From a virus: DNA of 38,339 nucleotides. Positions 1-4,618 of the stretch are shown here, in pieces; the first letter of the stretch is position 1, and each line of letters starts with the position of its first letter. The position numbers and the translations under genes are program-made. Under the pieces are notes generated by a model that was given only the letters and a program-made list of their open reading frames with translations, was not told the origin of the DNA and ran no database searches. The DNA lies in the IMG/VR virus record IMGVR_UViG_3300045988_105630; one strand, 5' to 3'.

Positions 1-55
1 AGTCTGGATCACTTAAAGTCTTTTCGATAACCTCACTACTCATATACGCCCCGTG
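1..55. repeat. 55-bp terminal direct repeat identical to 38285..38339. It marks a circular or circularly permuted 38,284-bp genome (assembly overlap or terminal redundancy).
   Basis: Read directly: agtctggatcacttaaagtcttttcgataacctcactactcatatacgccccgtg occurs at 1..55 and at 38285..38339. An ORF is continuous across the junction. Confidence 0.9.
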
Positions 56-394
56 TTTTCTAATTGTTGGAAGTACTTCTGACGTAACCCAGTCACTAAA
101 TTTTTCTGCCTGTGGCTTTCTGCTTTGGAATACAAGCTTGTATAAGTTTGACTCATTAATAAAATCTGCTTTGCCTTTTCTGTAAGTTGGATCTCCATCA
201 CTTGTATAGCCGTTTAAAAGTGTTACGTCGGTACTAACGACACCACACTCATTCAACCTACTTTTAGCATCTCGAGAATTTTTTATCTCTAAAATTCTAC
301 AAACATCACTTAACATAAAGTAAGGTTCTTTGTTTACAACTGATGTCCTTACTTCTCCAAATTCGTTATTTTTAAAAATTTGTAAATCATTCAT
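1..394 (-). CDS. Phage antirepressor, N-terminal Bro-N/ANT-like half. It is the same gene as 37869..38339 and wraps the circular junction (about 269 aa in total).
   Basis: Missing from the ORF track because it runs off the window edge. Own translation from the ATG at 394..392 gives MNDLQIFKNNEFGEVRTSVVNKEPYFMLSDVCRILEIKNSRDAKSRL...ESNLYKLVFQSRKPQAEKFSDWVTSEVLPTIRKHGAY, then MSSEVIEK. It is in frame (351 nt) with the copy at 43..41 of the ATG of ORF 37869..38327. The pattern is Bro-N-like (LY.L...S..P.A..F..WV...VLP.IRKHG.Y). An SD GGAGA lies upstream. Confidence 0.8.
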   Translation of the reverse strand, partial: MNDLQIFKNNEFGEVRTSVVNKEPYFMLSDVCRILEIKNSRDAKSRLNECGVVSTDVTLLNGYTSDGDPTYRKGKADFINESNLYKLVFQSRKPQAEKFSDWVTSEVLPTIRKHGAYMSSEVIEKTLSDPD

Positions 395-412
395 TATATT
401 TCTCCTTTCTTC

Positions 413-433
413 AAATCAAGTTTAACTTGATTT
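413..433. promoter_or_regulatory. Perfect 10+1+10 palindrome AAATCAAGTT-T-AACTTGATTT between the Cro-like gene and the antirepressor start. It is a second copy of the switch operator at 2805..2823.
   Basis: The 19-nt string aaatcaagtttaacttgat is identical at 413..431 and 2805..2823. Here it overlaps the stop codon of ORF 422..634 and lies about 19 nt upstream of the antirepressor ATG. Confidence 0.6.
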
Positions 434-634
434 TTTAGGCAAAAAAACATCGTTCTTGTTTAAATTCAAAATTGAACACCATTTTTCAAAATCTTTCGCC
501 CTCATATTTGTTCTTCCGTTCTCCCAATTAACAATAGTTCCTTCGGATTTTCCCATTTTTATCGCCATTTCTTTTTGAGTTAATCCTTTATTAACTCTTG
601 CTGCTTTCAACGTAATTTTGAAGTCATTCTCCAT
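422..634 (-). CDS. XRE-family helix-turn-helix protein (Cro-like small regulator)
   Basis: ORF track, 70 aa. LKAARVNKGLTQKEMAIKMGKSEGTIVNWENGRT is a classic HTH_3 pattern. It lies directly upstream of the antirepressor gene. Confidence 0.8.
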   Translation of the reverse strand: MENDFKITLKAARVNKGLTQKEMAIKMGKSEGTIVNWENGRTNMRAKDFEKWCSILNLNKNDVFLPKKSS

Positions 635-657
635 ACCCTCACCCCTTTCTTTATTTG

Positions 658-666
658 TGCTATAAT
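658..666 (+). promoter_or_regulatory. Extended -10 promoter element TGcTATAAT for the plus-strand gene 680..1381
   Basis: tgtgctataat read directly. An SD AAAGGAG follows at 673..679. Confidence 0.5.
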
Positions 667-679
667 CAACTCAAAGGAG

Positions 680-1381
680 ATGATTATATTTATGGAAAAA
701 CATTCTTATCATAAAACTAGGTGTAGTTTTGAAGACATTAATCGTGAATTTATCTTTCAATTACCTAGAACCTGTGTTCACTGTCATGAAATCATGACCC
801 CTGAAATTATTTCTCAATCTAATACCTATGATGACCAAGTTGCCTTTTTAGCAAGATGCCCTCATTGTGGTGAATTTTTTGCCATTAGCTATAAGCTATC
901 TAAACGTAATGGAGAATGTTGTTCAGAAATAATTCCATACACTTATTCAGTCCAAGTTAACTATGATGCCCCACCAGAATTAGAAGAATTCTCACCAGAT
1001 TTCAAAGAAATCTACACCCAGGCCCTAAAAGCTGAAGCCTATAATCTGTATCACGTTGCGGGGATAGCTTACAGGAAATCACTAGAATTTCTTGTAAAAG
1101 ACTTCTTAATCAAAGTAAGAAAGTATCCAATAGATGACATAAAAGACATTACGCTTTCACAGGCTATCGACAAAATTGACAATAACCTAATTAGACCAGC
1201 TGCAAAAGCCGCAACTTGGATAGCTAACGATGAAACACATTATGTCAAAAAACACGCAGACAAAAACCTAACACACATTAAAAACTACTTACGCTCAGTC
1301 TGCCTATTATTATCTGCTGAATATATAGCTCTAGATGGCCAGTCTTTTATCAACGGAAACTCATCCAACAAATCAAATTGA
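680..1381 (+). CDS. Zn-ribbon plus DUF4145-like domain protein (lysogeny-oriented accessory gene). The start may be the ATG at 692.
   Basis: ORF track, 233 aa. The N-terminus has CVHCHE...CPHCGEFF (CxxC...CxxC). The C-terminal helical part, FKEIYTQALKAEAYNLYHVAGIAYRKSLEFLVKDFL...AKAATWIANDETHYVKKH, resembles DUF4145 as I remember it. It has its own extended -10 and SD and is divergent from the Cro-like gene. Confidence 0.55.
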   Translation: MIIFMEKHSYHKTRCSFEDINREFIFQLPRTCVHCHEIMTPEIISQSNTYDDQVAFLARCPHCGEFFAISYKLSKRNGECCSEIIPYTYSVQVNYDAPPELEEFSPDFKEIYTQALKAEAYNLYHVAGIAYRKSLEFLVKDFLIKVRKYPIDDIKDITLSQAIDKIDNNLIRPAAKAATWIANDETHYVKKHADKNLTHIKNYLRSVCLLLSAEYIALDGQSFINGNSSNKSN

Positions 1382-1530
1382 CCTATCCTTCTACCATCCA
1401 AACTCCAGAATTCACGTACAGTTCTTACTGGTATAAAAGGATTGTCACATACCTCATAGATCACTTCTACAACAGAAGTGATCTTTACTTTTTTAGCTAC
1501 TCTCTTATTTTCAAAATCCATTACATTCAC
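1285..1530 (-). CDS. Hypothetical early protein. The likely start is the ATG at 1521.
   Basis: ORF track, 81 aa. GGGAG lies 8 nt before the internal ATG (MDFENKR) and overlaps the stop of the upstream HTH gene. Its 3' end overlaps the convergent ORF 680..1381 by 97 nt. Confidence 0.5.
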   Translation of the reverse strand: MNVMDFENKRVAKKVKITSVVEVIYEVCDNPFIPVRTVREFWSLDGRRIGQFDLLDEFPLIKDWPSRAIYSADNNRQTERK

Positions 1531-1533
1531 TCC

Positions 1534-1719
1534 CTATTCGTATAACTTCCACCAATCAACATCAAACACTTCCGCAATCCTTTTTGCCACACTAACTGGA
1601 AGCTCTGACTCTTCTAACTCATATTTACTAATTGTTCTTTGATTCTTTCCTACAAGTTTTCCCAAATCAGATTGGCTCAATCCATTTTCTTTTCTTAATC
1701 TAATTAATAAACTCAACAT
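1534..1719 (-). CDS. XRE-family helix-turn-helix protein (small, Cro/Aca-like)
   Basis: ORF track, 61 aa. LRKENGLSQSDLGKLVGKNQRTISKYELEES matches an HTH_3 pattern. Confidence 0.75.
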   Translation of the reverse strand: MLSLLIRLRKENGLSQSDLGKLVGKNQRTISKYELEESELPVSVAKRIAEVFDVDWWKLYE

Positions 1720-1792
1720 ATTGTATGTTCATCTCCTTTTTCGTAACTTTACCCCTACATATGGTATAATAATAAGTAAAGGAGGTGAATTT

Positions 1793-2026
1793 ATGGCTGG
1801 GAAAAATCAACACGTTACTCCTTAAGGCGGTAAATGGCAAGTAAAAGGTGCCGGTAATAGCAAAGCCACAAAAATTTTCAATACACAAAAAGAAGCTGAA
1901 ACTTTTGCTAGACAAATAGCTAAGCATCAAAAATCTGAATTAATCACGCATAACCGCCACGGTCAAATTCGTTCAAAAGACAGTTTTGGCAATGATCCAC
2001 ATCCGCCAAGAGATAATGAACATTAA
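1793..2026 (+). pseudogene. DUF2188-like gene interrupted by an in-frame TAA at codon 11 (1823..1825)
   Basis: Own translation: MAGKNQHVTP*GGKWQVKGAGNSKATKIFNTQKEAETFARQIAKHQKSELITHNRHGQIRSKDSFGNDPHPPRDNEH*. It matches the remembered DUF2188 pattern (HV.P...W.VK..G...A...F.TQ.EA...AR.IA..Q.SEL..H...G.I....S.G.DP.PP). Extended -10 TGgTATAAT at 1762..1770 and SD AAAGGAGGTG at 1778..1787. There is no in-frame restart codon after the stop. Confidence 0.7.
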
Positions 2027-2235
2027 TCGTATTTAAACTTGACTCTGACTCTATAACCATTACTTGGTTTAAGCACATCGCTTATTATAGCAATGGTTCT
2101 AGGGTTATTTTCATCAGTTTCCACAATAATTTCCTTGACATCATCTTTTAAATAATTGCTTTCATTATCTTCTAATGAAACACCCTCAGCTCCAACTTCA
2201 TCGAAATGAAGAACCTTATTAATGTTTAAATCCAT
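2023..2235 (-). CDS. Hypothetical small acidic protein
   Basis: ORF track, 70 aa. An SD-like GAGAGGGGTGAG lies upstream. No domain recognised. Confidence 0.55.
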   Translation of the reverse strand: MDLNINKVLHFDEVGAEGVSLEDNESNYLKDDVKEIIVETDENNPRTIAIISDVLKPSNGYRVRVKFKYD

Positions 2236-2249
2236 ACTCTCACCCCTCT

Positions 2250-2333
2250 CTATTCATACAATTTCCACCAATCAACACCTATAGTTTTAGTAGTTTCAGC
2301 GACAATAGTATGATTAAAATCACCGTCATTAAC
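2250..2333 (-). pseudogene. 3' remnant of an XRE-type regulator gene (recombination scar)
   Basis: Own translation: VNDGDFNHTIVAETTKTIGVDWWKLYE*. It ends exactly like ORF 1534..1719 (...RIAEVFDVDWWKLYE*). 2250..2279 matches 1533..1562 at about 26/30 nt, and both junctions have the same layout of stop codon, SD and next gene. No start codon or HTH part remains. Confidence 0.6.
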
Positions 2334-2416
2334 TTACTAATAGATACCAAGTTTGATATCTCATTTTTTATTTCTTTTAGAATAAAAGTACGCTCTTTTT
2401 CTTCACTCATATTCAT
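2279..2416 (-). CDS. Small membrane protein candidate (45 aa)
   Basis: Own translation: MNMSEEKERTFILKEIKNEISNLVSISKLMTVILIILLSLKLLKL*. GAGGTG lies just upstream. The ORF is below the ORF-track size cut-off. Confidence 0.4.
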   Translation of the reverse strand: MNMSEEKERTFILKEIKNEISNLVSISKLMTVILIILLSLKLLKL

Positions 2417-2421
2417 CACCT

Positions 2422-2571
2422 CTATTCCCATCTACTAGCTACCTGTGCAATACTCAAAATCGCACACACAATGCCAACAACACTGAACACATCTTCATGT
2501 GTCACTACAGCCAGTAAAACCATTAAACAAGTTACAACCGACAATCCAAAATCTTTTACGTATCTTTTCAT
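2422..2571 (-). CDS. Small two-pass membrane protein candidate (49 aa)
   Basis: Own translation: MKRYVKDFGLSVVTCLMVLLAVVTHEDVFSVVGIVCAILSIAQVASRWE*. It has two hydrophobic stretches. Confidence 0.4.
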   Translation of the reverse strand: MKRYVKDFGLSVVTCLMVLLAVVTHEDVFSVVGIVCAILSIAQVASRWE

Positions 2572-2617
2572 ATATTTTAAAATATGATAAAATAGATATC
2601 ACCGTAGAGTCCAGGGG

Positions 2618-2770
2618 TTATATAACCCCTAGTTCTTTAAGTAGGCTTATTATGCTAGTTATGGCGGTTACCAGTTGCATAATCAAGCCTACTTTTTTTA
2701 TTTTCTTATCCTCTTTGGCTTTCTTCAACTCTCTTTCGAGACGTCTTATTTCGATATCCCTTTTATCAAT
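2618..2770 (-). CDS. Small coiled-coil plus hydrophobic-tail protein candidate (50 aa), apparently with a non-canonical ATT start
   Basis: Own translation: (I/M)DKRDIEIRRLERELKKAKEDKKIKKVGLIMQLVTAITSIISLLKELGVI*. AGGAGG lies 8 nt upstream of the ATT. An in-frame GTG abuts the SD. No ATG is available. Confidence 0.3.
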   Translation of the reverse strand: MDKRDIEIRRLERELKKAKEDKKIKKVGLIMQLVTAITSIISLLKELGVI

Positions 2771-2799
2771 TTTTCTCACCTCCTCTACTTGATGATTTT

Positions 2800-2828
2800 A
2801 TTATAAATCAAGTTTAACTTGATGTCAA
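2800..2828 (-). promoter_or_regulatory. Consensus sigma-A-type promoter TTGACA-17-TATAAT on the minus strand. Its spacer is filled by the palindromic operator ATCAAGTT-T-AACTTGAT (2807..2823).
   Basis: Minus strand reads TTGACAtcaagttaaacttgattTATAAT. The -35 is at 2823..2828 and the -10 at 2800..2805. Confidence 0.7.
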
Positions 2829-2868
2829 TGCTTTTTTAAAGTTTTTCTTGATTTTTTTGTTTTTTTTC

Positions 2869-2897
2869 TTGATTTTTTTTAAGTTATTCTTTATAAT
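2869..2897 (+). promoter_or_regulatory. Promoter for the repressor operon: TTGATT-17-TATAAT
   Basis: Read directly. The -35 overlaps one of four CTTGAT half-site copies (2788, 2818, 2846, 2868). The SD AAGGAGG at 2906..2912 precedes the ATG at 2918. Confidence 0.55.
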
Positions 2898-2917
2898 AAG
2901 AAAACAAGGAGGTAGTT

Positions 2918-3388
2918 ATGAATTTACCTGAAATTTTTTCATCAAATTTAAAAAGATATTTATCTGAACAAAACAGAACACAATTAGAACTATCAAAATA
3001 TTTAGGAGTATCAAATACTACAGTAAATAATTGTGTCAAGGGATATAATATGCCTAGAATGGATAAGATAGATAAGATATGTAGTTTTTTTGGAATACAA
3101 AGAACCGACCTAATCGAACCACCAAAAAAAGAAAACAAACTAACAACAGACCAGGAACAACTAATCACGAATTACAACAACTCCAACACACAAGGAAAAA
3201 CAATAATACTCACAACAGCAAAAAATATCTCCAAAGCATATCCAGTTGTCACACGTGATGAAATGATCTCATACCTCAAACAATTCCAGCGTGCAGCATA
3301 CGGAGACATGAAATCAATCTATGACATGACAGATGAAGAACTAGAACAACTATACATAAAATACAAGGAAGACTTCGAAGATGACTAA
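2918..3388 (+). CDS. XRE-family repressor (ImmR/CI-like)
   Basis: ORF track, 156 aa. N-terminal HTH: LKRYLSEQNRTQLELSKYLGVSNTTVNNCVKGYNMPRMDKIDKICSFFG. It is divergent from the consensus early promoter and overlaps the downstream ImmA-like gene. Confidence 0.8.
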   Translation: MNLPEIFSSNLKRYLSEQNRTQLELSKYLGVSNTTVNNCVKGYNMPRMDKIDKICSFFGIQRTDLIEPPKKENKLTTDQEQLITNYNNSNTQGKTIILTTAKNISKAYPVVTRDEMISYLKQFQRAAYGDMKSIYDMTDEELEQLYIKYKEDFEDD

Positions 3389-3797
3389 ACAAGACATAGA
3401 CCTCATAGTACAAGGATTAGTAGAAGTCGTAGGATCCAAAAACCTCAAAGACATAATAGACTACCTAGAAATAAAACTAATCACACACAGTAATACCACA
3501 GAATACGTCAACCACAACGGCAAACAAATCATCTACATATCGGAAACAATACCCGAACAACTACACGATTTCGTACTTGCCCATGAAATAGGACACGCAG
3601 TATTACACGATCATGAAATAATCCAGTATTCAAAACTAACCACACACAAAACCCAAACAGAAAAAGAAGCCGACTACTTCGCATTCAAACTCCTTGATAA
3701 ACAAATAGACCCAATATACCAATACACAGCACAACAATACGCAAAACTACTACAAGTAAACGAAGACATCATTCAATACATAATACAAGACAATTAA
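3381..3797 (+). CDS. ImmA/IrrE-family zinc metalloprotease (anti-repressor protease)
   Basis: ORF track, 138 aa. It has the HEIGH motif (FVLAHEIGHAVLHDHE) and is translationally coupled to the XRE repressor, the ImmR/ImmA arrangement. Confidence 0.8.
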   Translation: MTKQDIDLIVQGLVEVVGSKNLKDIIDYLEIKLITHSNTTEYVNHNGKQIIYISETIPEQLHDFVLAHEIGHAVLHDHEIIQYSKLTTHKTQTEKEADYFAFKLLDKQIDPIYQYTAQQYAKLLQVNEDIIQYIIQDN

Positions 3798-3800
3798 ACT

Positions 3801-3863
3801 CTTAGTACGGTATATTGCATTTTTTCGTACTAACATTTTTCTTAGTACGGTATATTGTATTTT
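3801..3863 (+). repeat. 23-nt direct repeat cttagtacggtatattg[c/t]atttt at 3801..3823 and 3841..3863. The first copy is part of the hairpin TTAGTACG/CGTACTAA.
   Basis: Read directly, 22/23 identical with 40-bp spacing. The 8-bp inverted repeat (3802..3809 and 3826..3833) is followed by a T-rich tract and could terminate the repressor operon. Confidence 0.6.
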
Positions 3864-3915
3864 AAGAGGTAATAAAGTTTTTCTTTACTGAAATATGTAA
3901 AATATTCAAGAAAGC

Positions 3916-4023
3916 TTGAAAAATTTCAAATTAATCATATAATGGAGATAGAGATTAGCATCATACTTCCCAAGGGAACATGTATGCGGAAATACCCTCC
4001 ATTATTATGGGGGGTATTTTTTT
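3916..4023 (+). ncRNA. Candidate short non-coding RNA unit A (promoter, about 70-75 nt RNA, intrinsic terminator) fused to an Abi remnant
   Basis: TTGAAA (3916..3921), 16 nt, TATAAT (3938..3943). Hairpin AAATACCCTCC (3990..4000) / GGGGGGTATTT (4009..4019) runs into a T tract that ends at 4023. There is no SD-preceded ORF. Confidence 0.4.
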
Positions 4024-4068
4024 ATGAAACCATTTAAAACACTAGATGAACAAATTAAAATAAAATAG
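4024..4068 (+). pseudogene. 14-codon 5' remnant of an Abi_2-type gene
   Basis: ATGAAACCATTTAAAACACTAGATGAACAAATTAAAATAAAATAG encodes MKPFKTLDEQIKIK*. It is homologous to KPFKTIEEQIQIL of ORF 4619..5596 (aaaccatttaaaaca and gaacaaatt are identical). Confidence 0.6.
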
Positions 4069-4105
4069 TTAAGCTATTTAAAAATAAAATTTTTAGGAGG
4101 AAGAA

Positions 4106-4495
4106 ATGACAGACATAGTAGAATGTAAAGTTATAGCAATTTTAGACAAATACACCATATTAATAGACTACGGTAGGTCTGATGGTGCTTCACTAAAAGA
4201 TTCAGTCAGAGTGATACAAAGAGGTCCTTTAGTTGTTTATGATGGAGAAGAATATGGTAGCTTAGACAACATAAAAGCAGAACTGACAATTAAAACAATA
4301 TACAACAATTTTTCAGTATGCAAAAATTCAAAAACGTCGAACGCAGTCATAAAAAACTTCTCTCAATCATTTCTATCCCTTTATGAAGCACAACATGAAG
4401 AATTGAACGTAAACGAATCACAAATTGAGAATCTAGACGTCCCAGAAGATAAAATAATCAATTTGGGAGATTTGGTAGAAGTAATAAAATTTTAA
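4106..4495 (+). CDS. Hypothetical protein (129 aa), cargo gene between the Abi remnant and the intact Abi gene
   Basis: ORF track. Strong SD TAGGAGGAAG lies 5 nt upstream. No domain recognised. Confidence 0.65.
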   Translation: MTDIVECKVIAILDKYTILIDYGRSDGASLKDSVRVIQRGPLVVYDGEEYGSLDNIKAELTIKTIYNNFSVCKNSKTSNAVIKNFSQSFLSLYEAQHEELNVNESQIENLDVPEDKIINLGDLVEVIKF

Positions 4496-4603
4496 TTTAC
4501 AAAAAGTAAAAAATATGCTATAGTAGTGATACAAAGATGACTTGGTTACGGGAAATATCTCGAACTGCTTAAACCCTATCACGCTATAGTGATAGGGCTT
4601 TTT
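4496..4603 (+). ncRNA. Candidate short non-coding RNA unit B (promoter, about 70-75 nt RNA, intrinsic terminator) immediately upstream of the Abi_2 gene
   Basis: TTTACA (4496..4501), 17 nt, TGcTATAGT (4516..4524). Hairpin CCCTATCAC (4574..4582) / GTGATAGGG (4589..4597) plus CTTTTT. It contains only an 11-codon ORF with no SD. Confidence 0.4.
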
Positions 4604-4618
4604 GTGTTAGGAAAGATT

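Noticed and set aside
1823-1825. Possible stop-codon reassignment (TAA read as sense) suggested by the in-frame TAA in the DUF2188-like gene
   Set aside because: TAA is used as the ordinary stop by many clearly complete genes in this window (for example integrase, the G chaperone and the tape measure protein), and no other conserved gene contains an internal stop. A nonsense mutation or a sequencing error is the simpler explanation.
1700-1930. 76-aa minus-strand ORF in the track
   Set aside because: It is the antisense shadow of the DUF2188-like gene and its promoter. It has a hydrophobic, low-complexity translation and no convincing SD.
1534-2235. Anti-CRISPR/Aca-type locus (a small acidic protein at 2023..2235 near a small HTH gene at 1534..1719)
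   Set aside because: The two genes are separated by about 300 bp carrying an oppositely oriented pseudogene, so they do not form a tight operon. The protein is only mildly acidic, and I have no similarity evidence. It is too weak to report as a finding.
2499-2792. 97-aa plus-strand ORF in the track
   Set aside because: It lies antisense to the three small minus-strand ORFs directly behind the consensus early promoter. It has no SD, and its translation is low-complexity and S/L/I-rich.
3938-4036. (a) A 31-codon ORF (ATG at 3942) running through leader unit A. (b) An antiterminator idea: AATGGAG at 3941..3947 is complementary to CTCCATT in the terminator, and likewise GTGATA at 4526..4531 is complementary to TATCAC in unit B.
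   Set aside because: The ATG and the complementary 5' segments overlap or immediately follow the predicted -10 boxes, so they would be largely absent from transcripts started at those promoters. The ORF has no SD. The complementarity is real in the DNA, but I cannot support a riboswitch-like mechanism.
4589-4618. GTG start proposed by the track for the Abi gene (MIGLFVLGKIMKQQ...)
   Set aside because: The GTG is the first base of the 3' arm of the terminator hairpin and has no SD. The ATG at 4619 has AGGAAAG at proper spacing and matches the typical Abi_2 N-terminus.
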